Of a DNA stretch of 64,000 bases, positions 11,996 to 25,984 are shown piece by piece. The translations under genes were made by a program, and so were the position numbers. Source of the stretch: Octopus bimaculoides (Eukaryota). Each line of letters opens with the position of its first letter. Position 1 is the stretch's first letter. Where the stretch lies: assembly GCF_001194135.2 (NCBI RefSeq), contig NC_068982.1, positions 61,340,228 through 61,404,227 of the forward strand. The letters are read 5' to 3'. The notes beneath the pieces are model-generated. The model did not search any database and was not told the DNA's origin. It worked only from the letters and a program-made list of their open reading frames with translations.

Positions 11996-14070
11996 ACTGG
12001 TACATATATTGCAAGGCATCTCATCCAGCTCTCGAAGAAGCTCTGCCACATCTCCATCAAATAAACCCCTTCCAAATCTTCAAATTAATTGTACTCATCT
12101 TCTTCCCACTTCAGTTTCATGTGGGGGGGGGGGATTTGAAATTAAGGAATGAGGTAAAAGATGCAGAGAATATACACATTTAATATTTTATTTTTGCTGC
12201 TCACTTATTATAACGTTCTCCAAATTTCTACTCAGTGGAAATCGTGTATAGCACTATTTCATTTTTTATAGAAACCATCAGAATGACATAACCTGAGGTA
12301 TATTAAACATTTTATGAAGCAAGACATTATTTTAATTACAGTGTAGAAGAAATTCATGGCATATGAGTTTTTCTTCTCCCTTTCCTTCATGGAGCTTTAA
12401 TAGTTTAACAATTGAGAGTATTAGTAATTTAGTGGATTAAAATGTAACTATCCTAATTTAGAAATAAAGGCTCCTACTTTGAATTCAATGTGATACTATG
12501 TACACGTCTAGGAATAATACATCTATTGACAATTGGAGATTACTTGAAACATGGAGTAAATGAAAATATTGATAAATCTTCCATCTCTAAACATTGTTTT
12601 TAGACAGTATGTTGTGGCTTGCAGAATATTTGGCTATTATTTCTAATATGTTATTCTGTATGTCACTTATTTGAAAGAAGACATGTAATACAATTGTGAT
12701 AAGTCTCTCTTTTGTATTTTTTTCATTTGTATGTGCCAAAAACAGTTGTTTCTGGGTTTTTTTTAAATTAGTTCGACCATTAATATCATGATTGCCAAGG
12801 TAAAGAATTCCATCTATGATAAACTCACATCAAACAACTTGTGATAATATCTTTCAAGGAGAATGTTAGGGTAAACTGAATGTTTGGTGTTTGATTCTAG
12901 ATTATATATCATGCTACAACTGACAGCTGTTCAGACTTTGAAGGTTGACAAAATGAATACCAGTAATAAACTAAAATAAATAGTAAATACAAAATAAAAA
13001 TAAAAATAAAATAAAAAACAGGACATCAAGAATGCTAAGTTGGCAATTCAAGTCTTAACTGATTTGAAATGACAACAACAATTTGCAATCTTTCAATCTC
13101 TCAAAGCAGGAGAGTTCTGATTATCTGTGCTCCAACATTCTACTTTATCCAACATTTTCCACCACCCACAACCTGCCGTGATGTGAGTTATTTTAGGGCC
13201 AAGTGTCATCATTGCTATTTAAAGTATTGAGATGAATACACGGTTGTTTTTGTCTGTCTCAGTCTGTCACGTTTTGCCACCTGAGTAAGCTGTTTGTGTT
13301 AATAATTCATGTCGTACAAACTGAGGGTGAGATTTCTTTTTTGGTCTTCTTTTTTTTTATCACAAAATGCTATGTTATGCCAAAAGAAAAAAAGGCTAAA
13401 TAAAAATAAAAGTAGTCCTTTCCATTGAGAAAAATGCTGAAGTGTTAAAAAAAAAAAGAAAATAGTCACAATGAAATCCATGCAAAGAATTATTTCCGAA
13501 TTTGGAATGGAAAAAGTTACTTTTGGCATTGGAAGAGAGATATAAGTGACTTAATGAAGCTTCTGGTTGGCGAAGTGAGGGGGGGGGTCCACTAAAAAGG
13601 TTATCAAGAAATGAAACTATGGAAATGCAAACAAAAATTCCTTACTGTTGTTCCATATGGCAAAAAAAAATAAGGCATATCTGTATCATGATTTCTACTA
13701 GAAGAGAAAATTCTTGACTTTATTATTGGATTACTGAGAAACAGGATACAGAATACCAGAGTGTTCATATGTATGAGTGAGTGTATGTGTGAGTGTGTGA
13801 GAAAGAGAGAGGGAGGGAGGGAGAAAGAGAGGGAGAGTGTTTGTGTGTATGTGTACATACACATATGTGCATCCAAATATATGTGCTCCCTTGATGCTCC
13901 ATCTGTTCTGATTAGATGATAATGTTTTGTTTTAAAGTTAAGCAATTGCTCAAATGACTTTGCTGTGTGGAACCATAAGAAGAAATTATGGAAAAATTAC
14001 GCACAAACACATGCAGTCGAATGTACATGCGGTGGGGTGGGGTAATGAGCACCAAAGTAAAATATAATTA

Positions 14071-15631
14071 CCGTAAAAACCCATGTAATTTATGCACTTT
14101 TTTCACAAAAACAAAAATAAGCTTTAGTGGGTGCATAAATTACATGAATAGATTGTTTCCAGAATTTTTTTAGAAATTTTTTTGTTGAAAAATGATGTAC
14201 AAATGTAAACATTTGTACAGGAATTTGACTCATTTAATGTCAGAATAGGTTTTTACAGAAAAAAATATAATGAAGTTGACTTTTATTTAAGCAGGACAGT
14301 ATAATGCTTACTTTTTCTATATAAATTTACTAAAACCATTAAATGGTTAACTACCTTTTGAAGTTTGACGTTCATACTGGTAATCACGGTCTAGGCCATA
14401 CCTATCACAATGGAGCGAAGCAATTTCCTTAAATAGATCAGTTTTTCTCGGCTTAAGAAGTCTAGCTTACATTTGCCTCCAAGAAGCTATTGCTCGCTTT
14501 CTCTACGTTAGTACAATGTAATTCATCACCGCCGACATTGTCACTACCAGCTCTTCTGCATCTAACGCCGACAACATCATAATTCATCCTTGCGCATGTA
14601 AACTCACTAAGTAAATATGACTTAGTATTCCTACAGAAACCTTCATTTACCTTATACAATGTTTAATGTCATTTCACAATGTTGAATTATGCAGCAATTT
14701 TATATTCTCTTCATAGAACACTTGTATGTATTACCGGTTCTTTTGGTATAGTAGATGTTTGCTATTCTTGTTTATGTCTCCTCACAAACATGTATATTTT
14801 AACAAGTCACCTCTTAAATTTCATACCTCTCTTATTCAATAAGTTAAACTTGCAAAGCTGTTTATTTTCTCCTTTCCACTTTTAATGTTTATTTTAGCAG
14901 GTTACCAAACTATTGGGTTGGTCTCCCAGCTAAAACGGTAATGACGAATTTTAAAGTTTGCTTGACATTTTGTAAGTGTGAAAGGGATTAAAATTTTGAT
15001 ACTCCATATCAAAGGTTCCGACAAGAATAGGCAGAAAATCAGAGCTTGAGACAAGAAGACACTTTCAACCAATCAGAATTCTGTTTACATAATCAGTTTG
15101 ATCAGTCAACTTCCTCAGTTGGTTGAGTAAAGCGTCATCCAAGCTGATGATGTTTATTGGTAATTAAACTTATTTTGCAACACTTGTGCGTATTTATCAG
15201 CTTTATTTTTGTTGATAAGAACTAGAAACAACTTTTCCTGTGATCGTGATTTGAGAAGATATACAGAAGTATGCTAAAGATTGTACATAATCTCTGGTGG
15301 GCAAAAAATGTAAAATAAAGTTTATTATAATGTAAAATGTAAAATAAGTTTATTATAAACAACACAAACACTTCATAATTTAATAGCTTCCAATGTGATG
15401 CCTGTTAAACAGAAATTATTTTTATTTATTTAAAATTTAATCATAAGTTAAGTGAAATTATGCTAAATACAACTAAATTGAAAACCTTTTCCCCCCTGGC
15501 AAATATCAGCAATTCTGAAAATTTTGGGTGTGAATTTTACGCAAGTAGAAGCTTTTTTTTTTTAACAATTTTTATCCTAAAAATCACCTGCGTAAATTAC
15601 ACAGGTACGCAAATTACATGGGTTTTTATGG
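14071..15631. mobile_element. Non-autonomous Tc2/pogo-like DNA transposon (CCGTA termini, TA target site)
   Basis: Left end TA|CCGTAAAAACCCATGTAATTTATGCAC and right end GTACGCAAATTACATGGGTTTTTATGG|TA form a 27-bp TIR with 3 mismatches. Subterminal repeats of the TAATTT(A/G)(T/C)GCA motif. No transposase recognised inside. Confidence 0.85.
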
Positions 15632-15924
15632 TAGTCTCTGTTACTGAGATGGCTTTCTGCTGTTAAACCAAAATCTGTGATTCCACATTGACCACACAGG
15701 AATCAAGAAACTCTCAGAATAGCAACACACACGTTCATGCAAATAGCTAATAATTAATTAAACGATATATATATTTTTTATGCACAATTCAATTGAATCT
15801 AAATATGAGAAGCCCTATGAGAGGAAATTATAACAATGTAAATATTTTTTTTTTTCGATTCTGTTAATCTCTCAATGGAGCATTTTACAGTTTATTGACT
15901 GCTGCTCTTTTTCTACACATCAAA

Positions 15925-15976
<52 letters not shown>

Positions 15977-16154
15977 TTTATAAATTTGAATTCTACTTTC
16001 AACAATAATCCTTTTAATTCAAATCTGAACAAGACCATTCAAAGTAAAATGTTTATACTTTCATCAAAATCCCATAAGATTACAGATAATCAACACAAGG
16101 ATAGAAAAACATACACTTACAAATATTCTTTTTAATCCTGCCAAAGTTTAGATT

Positions 16155-16460
16155 GTGGAGGCGCAATGGCCCAGTGATTAGGGCAGCAGACTCGCGGTCG
16201 GAGGATCACAGTTTCAATTCCCAGACCAGGTGTTATGTGTGTTTATTGAGCAAGAACACCTAAAGCTCCACAAGGCTCCGGCAGGGGGTGGTGGTGATCC
16301 CTGTTGCACTATTTCACCCCAACTTTCTCTCACTCTTTCTTCCTGTTTCTTGAGTAAAAGCTGCAATGGACTGGCGTCTCGTCCAGCTGGTGGGGGGAAC
16401 ACATACGCCATAGAAACCGGGAAACCGGGCCCATGAGCCTGGCTAGGCTTTAAAAGGGCA
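16155..16460 (+). mobile_element. tRNA-derived SINE, mosaic of family A head/body and family E tail
   Basis: Matches family A up to CTCTCACTCTTTCTTCCTGTTTC, then continues GAGTAAAAGCTGCAATGGACTGGCG...GAAACCGGGAAACCGGGCCC like the tail of 9135-9359. Confidence 0.75.
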
Positions 16461-18819
16461 AATAAGATAAAAGTTTAGATTATACTAAAAAATAACTGAA
16501 ACATATAATCAGTTTACCCATTACAAATATAGTCATCGAAGAGTTACTCAAACCAGCAGCCTCCAATCTTTTTTTGTATCACAGACTGGTCTCATGCAAG
16601 GCAATTTTTCCAAAGAGTTGCGGATCAAACATATATCATCATTTAACATCCATTTTCATGCTGGTATGGATTGGAAGGCTTAACAGGAACTGATAAGGTC
16701 AGGGGTTAGACCAGGTTTCATAGTCTGTTTTAGTTCAATTTCTACAGCTGGATGCCCTTCTTAACACCAACCACTTTATAGAGTATATTAGGTGCTTTTT
16801 ACATGGTACCATCATCAGTGTTGTTTACATGGCACCAGCTCCCACACCAAAGCTTTTCACAAAGCACCTTGGTTTTAGGATCACAAAAAAATGCATAATA
16901 TATAATCTAATTATTACATATATAGCACGTATATATTATACACGTACACACCACACACATATATAGTTGAAACTTATAGAAAAATAACAGACAAAGATAG
17001 GTGTATGAACAAGCAAGTGTCAGTGTCAGTGCCAGTGTGGGGAGTGGTGTAGGTTGGTATCAAATGAAGAGAGAAGGTGAGGTAGGTGTCAGATGAAGAG
17101 AAGAGGTGAGTTGAGCCCATATGGTGCAAAGGAGCAAGGAAAGAAGATAAATTCCTGTTCACGGTGAAGGCAGGAGTCCAGATGGCCCCTATGCAAAGAC
17201 AGTCCAAACACAGACAGATGTTGTACGAATATGTATGTATGTGTGTATGTATGTATGTAATGCAAAAACACCCTGAGACTGCTATAATCAATAAAATAGG
17301 AATACAGTTTTAAAATTTGTTCTTTCTGTGCAGCCAAATGATCCATGGCCTAATACTGGTCCACAGCCAGGTGGTTGGAGACCCCAGCTTTAAACAAAAT
17401 ACTTTGCATAATTGGTTGAAAATAAAGCATAAATCAATGTAAACAAAATGTTGAATCTCAAATAAATGCAACTAAAGGAATTCATAGTTTTTATCTCTTT
17501 TTCTTTGTAAAGAAACTCTTAAACCTTTAATGAAACAAGGTTTTATTTCATAAATGAAATATTTAATAGCATTCAGGTGTATAAGATGTAACATGGAAAA
17601 AGGAAGTGCATAACAAATGGTAACTGGGACCAAAATAGGAAGTGAATGGAGAATAACATTAAGGGAGATGAATAAAACAAACATTGAATATAAATAGAAC
17701 AAAAACTACAAAATGTAAAATAAGAAAAGAATTAAACAAGCTGAAAGTGAGTAACTTTTGATTTCTCAAGTCACAAGAGATTTACCTGAAGTGCATGTCA
17801 CTGTGCACACATAAGTGTGCATGCATAACATACATATATACACACACACACATATATATATAAATGCATATATATACATATATGTATGTATATATACATA
17901 CATGCATATAAATCGTGTGTGTGTGTGTGTGTGTGTGTGTTTTGCACTAACATTTTATGACACAAACTCTTGTGAATTGATACAAATGCTTTGCAACGAA
18001 ATCAATTTGCAAATAGTTTTCTTAGCATTACTTCAATAAACCAAATTCACTGAAGTAAAAGATGACTCGCCTCTAAATATTTTTCTAATCTTATTTTTAT
18101 TCAGAATTAAGTATGTATAACAAAAAGTGTCAATCAAAGGATTGGTAAAAGGACTTGTTTCTGCACAACTTAATCCATCCATCATATGAATAACTGAAGT
18201 AGATATAAAAGAGTGTAATAGGCTTTTGATGTAAATGTTTCACACAAAAAGATGATAATAATAATAATAATAAATATGTATCATGTCATGTCTCCTTTAC
18301 CACCTTCAGTAACAAAAGAGCTACATATTATTTATATTGATGATAAAATAATTATAGATATGCACACTATGTCTATCCCCCTCATATTTATTAATAAAGC
18401 ATTTATTACTTTTTGAAGATGTTTTATTCTTAATATAATAAGTCTTGAAACTGAATAAGTCAAAAATAATATTAGGTGGGGGTGGGGTGCATTTGTTTGA
18501 TTGTTGCTCAACTTTACAAAAATAAAAAACAAATTAAGTCAGAACATTCCTGACAAACAAGCAACAAAAAGAACTGTCACAAGTTCAATATCCACATGTA
18601 TGCACAGAAATATGTGTATATACAAACATATGTATATATACTTGTTACATTAAGTGTAACATAACACTGATTTCAATTTTTTCATTTGTTTACTTTGATT
18701 TGTTTTTTTTTTGTTTTTTTTTTCTTTCCTTTTTTGAAAGTAATATTCATTTCTCAGATAGGCACAAGACCAGAAATTTGTAGATGGCACAGTCAATAAC
18801 TATAACCCCTAAGGTGGTG

Positions 18820-19475
18820 AACTGGCAGAATCATTAGCATGCCAGGCAAAATACTTAGCGGCATTTCATCAGTCTTTACATTCTGAGTTCAAATTCCACC
18901 ATTGTTGGCTTTCATCCTTTCATGGTTAATAAAATAAGTACCAGTCAAGCAATGGAGTCGATGTACTGACTAACCCCTTCCTCAAAATTTCAGGCCTTGT
19001 GCCTATAATAGAAAGTATTGTTATTATTATTATTATTTGGCAGAATTGTTAACACACCAGGCAAAATGCTTAGAGGCATTTCATCCATCTTTACATTCTA
19101 AGTTCAATTCCACTGTAGTCAACTTTGCCTTTCATCCTTTCGGGGTCAATAAATTAAGTACCAGTTACATACTGGGGTCAATGTATCCTCCACCCCACAA
19201 AATTTCAGGCTTTGTGCCTACAGTAGAAAGGATTATTATTATTATTATTATTATTAAGGGGGCAAGTTGCCAGAATGGTTAGCACGGCAAGCGAAATGCT
19301 AAGCGGTATTTCGTCCGCCGTTACATTCTGAGTTCAAATTCCACCAGGGTATACTTTGCCTTTCATCCCTTTGGGGGTCAATAAAATAAGTACCAGTTAT
19401 ACACTGAGGTCGATGTAATTCACTTATCCCCCTCCCCAAAATTGCTGGCCTCATGCCAAAATTTAAAACCAATAA
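18820..19475 (+). mobile_element. Three head-to-tail family C SINEs joined by (ATT)n
   Basis: Three repeats of ...TGGCAGAAT...TTCTGAGTTCAAATTCC...CTTTCATCCTTT...GGCCTTGTGCC separated by ATT runs at about 19016-19038 and 19233-19257. An older inverted copy follows at about 19480-19640. Confidence 0.88.
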
Positions 19476-20430
19476 TTATGACCCCAATATTTAACTGGTA
19501 CTTCATTTTATTGATCTCAAAAGGATGAAAGTAGAAGTAGGCTTTGGTGAAATTTGCCAAGGACGCAAAAAGCAGACACAAATACCACAAGGTATTTTCC
19601 CTAACACTTTAGTGATGTTGCCAATCTACCATACATTTTGTTGTTTTAATGAAAATTGTTTTTATCATAGGAACATGACTAGAAATTTGGAAGGCTTAAT
19701 TTATTTAATTGAACCCTAGTACATTGATGGTAGTTATTCAATCAATCTAAGAAGAATAAAAAACAAAATTCACTTCATTGAAATTTGAACTGAGAATATA
19801 AAGAGTTATAACAAAAAAATATTGCAAGGCATTTTATTCTCTGCTCTACAAACAAATCTATATCGGAATCCAGCAACTGACTACTTGGCTGAAGCAAAAA
19901 GAAAACCTCATTGAAAACACACATGCATGCATGTAAACATACATACACACACACATCTTTTTTTGAAATGCATACTCTTTCTTACAGTGACTTTGGTGTT
20001 CAATTCATTTTTTGTCTTTGTTTTTGTTTTTTAAATTAACAAAACTTGAATAATGTGAACATTTTTGTTTTGCTTTGTTTTTTTTGCCATTTGTTTTTTT
20101 TGTTTTTTTGTTTTTGTTTCTCTTTCATTTGTTCTTTTTTCCAAAGTGAGGTCAGCGGGCATTTTTAATCTAATGTTTTACAAGGATAAAACTTTAACCA
20201 GTTAGAAACCTTGAAGTGGTTGTTTATCCTAATCTACTAATATTAGATCAGAATTAAAGATTTAGCAAGAATTTTGATGTTTGACTTGTTTTATCAGGAG
20301 GTTTTTTTTTTTTTTTTTTCAGTAGACTAACCTCCTCACATGAAACAAATCAGTAAATTGAAGTGTTATTTATAAAGTAAGAATGCAAATAAGGTAAGAA
20401 TTTTACTATTAGTTCAGCACCCTAAAGCTC

Positions 20431-20828
20431 TTGAACCCATTTGTGTTCACATTACTCTGTCAAAAGTAATGCTTGTTTATTCACATTATTCTGAATTAAT
20501 CATGCATTGTTTTGTAGCTTTGAGATTTTGAGGATATAATTGCTTATTCTTAGAATGACATTTTTGGGTAGTGTGACATGCCAGATCTGGCCTTTCGTTA
20601 CTGCATTTATTTTCAGATGCTCTGTGCTTCTTTCAATTACTTTAAATATAACAAAGAATTTAGTAAAATAACTTAGTTATCATTAAGCTAGTGTTAGGAA
20701 CATAAATTGTGACTAAGGTTTGGTGGAAGATTTTAATTTAAAACTTATGAAAACATGACATTTGTATACAGAGCCAGAGCCGGTTTCAGCCGGGTTGGTA
20801 ACGAAAGGGTTAAATGCAAAAGGGCTAA
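20431..20828. mobile_element. Nested piggyBac-like (TTAA-CCC...GGG-TTAA) MITEs
   Basis: 20431-20590 matches 36801-36965. 20591-20813 has paired ends CCTTTCGTTAC / GTAACGAAAGGG-TTAA. A second terminus ATGCAAAAGGGCTAA follows. Confidence 0.7.
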
Positions 20829-23519
20829 ATAAATGTCGATAATGTATGAAATGCTAAATTCTTTTGCCCAATATAAAATTGTCACACGATACGAATACGA
20901 AGGACATGAAAACTGGAGATGGAAGACAGAAAAAAAATGCTTAATTAATTTCTATAAACATTCTTGATAGACAAACTAAATATGACAATTACTAAAAGAA
21001 CAAACAGAAGTGAGAAAACTCATGTCGGTTGACATTGTCCAACACTTCCAGTAGACATATCAGATAATATAGTCCTAGATACACTATTCCTATGAAGAAA
21101 AAAAAAGTGGATAGCTGGAATACATTTTATCATAAATCTGCTGGATCAATTCTAACCCAGGGCTAAAAACTGCATTCAGAATATTATTTTGTTTCTTTGC
21201 TTTTAACATTCATGGATTTACAGGACTTTATTGTGTATGTCATACTGTTAAATAAAACATGAATACCATTTAGCTTATCTTTCCATATTTTTACATTTAA
21301 CACATTTTTGTGTCACTTGTAGTCTACATCTTCATCTGAATGAGATTTTAATATCTAGATAATGAGATTTCTTTGAAATGGAATTTTTAATTTACTTTTT
21401 GAATATATATATTCAAATAAATGATGATGATGATGATTGTAGAGGTGGCAGTGTTAGTGATGATAGCAGTGGTGGTAATGGTGACGAGGAGGGGTGGAGA
21501 CGAAGATGGTCGAGAAAGTGATGATGATAGAAGGAATGAATGGAAGACAAAGTATCAAAAGAAAAAAAAATATTCCGACATTTGTAAAAACAAAAGGATA
21601 TAGAAACCAGGCAGTTGTTAAATAGATCACATCTATAATATGAGTTAACCAACTTGTGCGCTAAGATGGCACTCGCAAAAACAAAAAGAAAGAAAAAGAA
21701 CACAAATCAAAAAAGAAAAAAAATTACATTAGCAACAATAACTCAACCATTGAAATGTAGAAAGAAAATGACTGAAAGAGAAAAAAAAATCTATATAACA
21801 GAGAGAGAAAAAAATAAACTGGATGAGAAAAAAATGGCCACCAACTCCCTTGATAAAAAAAATAACTAAAGAATAAATAGATAATTTCCAAAAGATTGAA
21901 ACTAATGGAACAGAAGTAAGATTCAGTTGAGTGATTATTTATTTGAAGCCATGTATATCCATTTTTGTGGCTTTCTGATTGAGTACTCAGCCAAACAGAA
22001 ATTGACGATTAACAAAACAACTATTTCCTAACCATTTGATAATTGCAGAAAGTTACTTTGGACAAGGGAAGGAAGGGAGGTGAAGCTGTTGGGGTAAGCC
22101 TGCAAACATTTTATGGTTAACTAGATATATCTCACTGAACCTACCCACCATGTCTGCTCATACAAGCTTCCTTTCAAGAGTTCTCGCCACAATTTGTCTT
22201 AATTTTGTTTATGTCAAAATCACTTCGAAGCTTTCACACTTCATTAGTTTCTGATATCGGCAGAAACTCCCCTGACACCCATCAGTAGAAAATCTTTTTG
22301 GATTCTCTAACTTGACCTATAATTTATGCCCTTATTAGATCTAGCTGGCAACAGGGCAAGTTTTCTAAGTGAGTCCCTTGTGTCAAAGCTGATGAAAAGA
22401 TTTCATTTTTTCTCTTTCATTGTTCTTTATTCTTCAGCATTTCTTTTCCCATTCTCTTTTACCAATATTATTTTTTCTTCCCATTTCCCTTAGTAACAAC
22501 TCCTATGATATTTTTTGCATGCATTTTTTAGTAACCCTTTTCTTTTTTGTATTTGTATTTAACAACAATCCTCACTGGGGTTCAACTTTACACTGCTTTG
22601 CATATAATCATTATAAGTCTTGTTTATCAGACCTGGAGCCGAGAAAATTTCATCTCAAAGAGACAAGAAAAGAAAGTTTGAAGTTAGCAAGTTAGAAGGT
22701 CGTGTCTTTATCATATTTCAGTTTGCCTGACCTAATTCACAAAACAAAACTACCTCATTGAAGAAATACCTTCGGGAAGTTAACTGTTCAAAAGACGTCA
22801 GAACATTAATGAAAATCTAACCAGTAAGAAATTATTTTTGTTCTACTCTTGGGTGTCGTAAATAAGCCTTCGGAAATCTCCTTGGTTCCTCTTAAGCCAA
22901 ATGCCTTGAACAACACATAAGTATGACCTTTCTCTGACACCATTTTTCAGTCTCCACATTTATTTAATTAGGCATAATGAGTAATAACTAGTCATCAACA
23001 AGAAAAGTTAGTTATGGAATCTTTAACTAACTTTGCAAGTACAGAGGACAGTCAAAAGTTTAAATACACCAAATTACAATTGAAGCAATAGTAATCTACA
23101 TAGACTTTTCTGAATGTTTTAAATCAGATATTTTTAATCAAAAGAGTTTGTCTGTATTCATTCTAAGTTCAAAATAAAGAAAATCTCAAGGTCTTCATTT
23201 TTTTCTTTTTTTTTTTTTTTTTTTTTTTTGTCTTTTTAATTCAAGGGTTAATCAACATTCAGAATCAAAATGATAACTGATAATTAACTATCTACACTCA
23301 CCTATCATGATACATTATTTGCTTTCTTTAGCAAGTAGACTGCACATATGATCCATCTCAGCTGCAATTCCCAAACACGGTAAATACCATTTCTCTGATA
23401 GTCAACTCTTCACTCACTAATACTAAACAACTACTAACTTTTTCTGTATTTTTTATGAAGCTAAATGGACTCTTCCCTTATGAGCTTGATAACATTATAC
23501 CACCTCATAGTATGGTATA

Positions 23520-23655
<136 letters not shown>

Positions 23656-23789
23656 CAGAGTGCGTAAGATATTTGAGGACAGATTTATGTTTATAAAAAA
23701 AAAAGACAGACATATAATAATGAATAATAATTTTATTTATCAAAAAATGCTATGAGGATAAAAGTAAACCTTCTTTTCTATAATGTTAT

Positions 23790-24380
23790 TCAATAAAGCC
23801 ACCCTCCTCTTCAACAACTGCTTCTATATGAGATCTAAATCATCAACATGCTCGAATCAGTTGGTCCTGGTTCATTTTGGACATTACTCTGGCTATGGCA
23901 GCTTTCAAAGAATCTTTGGCATTATGGCCGTGTTCATTGACCTCTCTCTCTCAACAATGCTCCACGTGTAATAGTCCAATGGATTGAGATCTGGGGTATT
24001 TGGAGGCCAAATGTTAAGGGTTATGTGATCATGAAAATTTTCAGCCATCCATTCCTGTGTTACTAGAGCCATGTGTGATAGTGATAATATGACAACTGCG
24101 CCCAGCCCGTGATACACTGGGACACCTGCTGAGCCAGACCTGTTCCTCTGACGTTTCCAAGCCTTTTTTGCCATTTACTGGATCCATTTGAGACATTTTA
24201 GAGTAAGTTACAAGTGCATTTTTAGGTTTCTGCCAACCAACCAATTCAATGATTTTACTAAGATTTGGTGTACAGGACGTACCTGTGCAGATGAATAATT
24301 CTCAGTGGGTGTAGCATGCACTGCACTACTCCCACCTACTGGCCCGGTGTGGCATGAAAATTGATAAAACCAGGAACTTC
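23790..24380 (-). mobile_element. maT/DD37D-type Tc1/mariner remnant (transposase C-terminus, internally deleted)
   Basis: The minus strand reads HMALVTQEWMAENFHDHITLNIWPPNTPDLNPLDYYTWSIVERE, and after a frameshift VNEHGHNAKDSLKAAIARVMSKMNQDQLIRAC...EAVVEEEGGFIE*. Homologous to 45000-45520. Confidence 0.85.
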
Positions 24381-24422
24381 CATTTAATTTTTATTCGCAT
24401 ATCGTACTTTTCTTTTCTTTTT

Positions 24423-24489
<67 letters not shown>

Positions 24490-25951
24490 GTATATTTTTA
24501 CTTTTATATATATATATATATATATTATTTGTATTTAAATCTTTATGTTTTTAAATTTCATATCTTTTCCTTTTTTATATTTATATATATTATTTATATT
24601 TAATTCTTATCTATATTTGCAAATCACATATCGTACTCTTATCTTTCTTTTTTTTCTTTTGCATGAATGAGCTACACAGCATTGGTCACCGGAGTGGTAT
24701 TTGATCACTTTATAGAGTGTTTGAGTGTCGGTTTGATGTCTGGAATGAGATAGCTTACCTCATGGGCAGGTAGAAGCTCTTTAACCTTGGTTGGTAATCT
24801 ACCTACCTACCTACATACATACATACATGCATGCATGCATGCATACATACATACATATATACATACATACATACATACACACACACATACAAAGCAAAAA
24901 GAAGAATGTAGAGACAAATATTGAAATCTGTCATAAATTTCTTTCTTTTGTTTCTTAGGGATACAGTTGAGAGTGTCTTGGGAAATTTTATACTTAATGG
25001 AACCGATCTCACTCCAAGTCAATCCACAACCAATTTCTTCCAAAGAGAAAGCAATAGTGAGAGAAAAAAAGGAAGACAGAAAGAAACAGAGTCAACACTG
25101 ATTACTAGATTATTTAATTTATTGACTTTGAAAGTGTAAGGAAGAGAAAGTAACAATGACAGAATTTGAACTCAGATGACATAGACCCAGAACAAATATT
25201 GTAATGCATTATATTATATTCAATGTCTGAGGTAGTGACCTGGTAGAATAATTTAGCACATGAGATAAAATGCTTGGCAGTATTTCTTATAGTTCTTTGC
25301 CTTCTGAGCTCAAATTATGCCAAAATTGACTTGCCTTTCATCCTTTCAGGGTAGATAAAATAGGCACCAGTTGCGTACTGTGGTTGATGTAAACTAAACT
25401 CTTCCCTATAAAATTACTGGCCATGTGCTGAAATTTGAAACCATTTTATTCAATGTCTAACAAGTCTACCAACTGGCCATCTTGTAATGAATTTCAAAGA
25501 GGTAGTTACTAGAATTAGCAATCTATCCTAAATAAGTCACCTGTATCAACAACACTAGCAGTAACATATTTATTTAGTTTACATAGAGAGTGTCTTCTGA
25601 CAAGGAACTTTACTTCTAGTATACACTTACAAACATCTGTTTGTATTTCTAAAGTAAAAAATTTTCATCAAAATCTAACATTTTATACACTACTCCCTTA
25701 TTAAATATTAAATGCTATAATCTGTTTCACTTATAGCAACTAAATGTTTAACAAATAGATTATTCAAATATGTCCACGCTGTCTATAATAATGACAAACT
25801 TTACAACCAGGAGCAATTTTTTGTGACAATTAATAAGCTTGATCTTCTCTACCCTCAGGATAAACATGGTATAAATATTATAAACTAATTTTTCTCTCAA
25901 TCATGTTTTTAGAATTTTTTTAAAAAATTTCCAAGCACTGTTAATATATAT

Positions 25952-25984
<33 letters not shown>

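Noticed and set aside
14585-14597. 13-nt match on the minus strand (TGCGCAAGGATGA) to part of U6 snRNA
   Set aside because: Flanks do not resemble U6; expected by chance.
18105-18110. AG-AATTAA-GTATGT microexon-like pattern (similar 15-nt pattern at 58396-58410)
   Set aside because: Cannot be distinguished from chance without RNA data; no upstream UGC enhancer seen.
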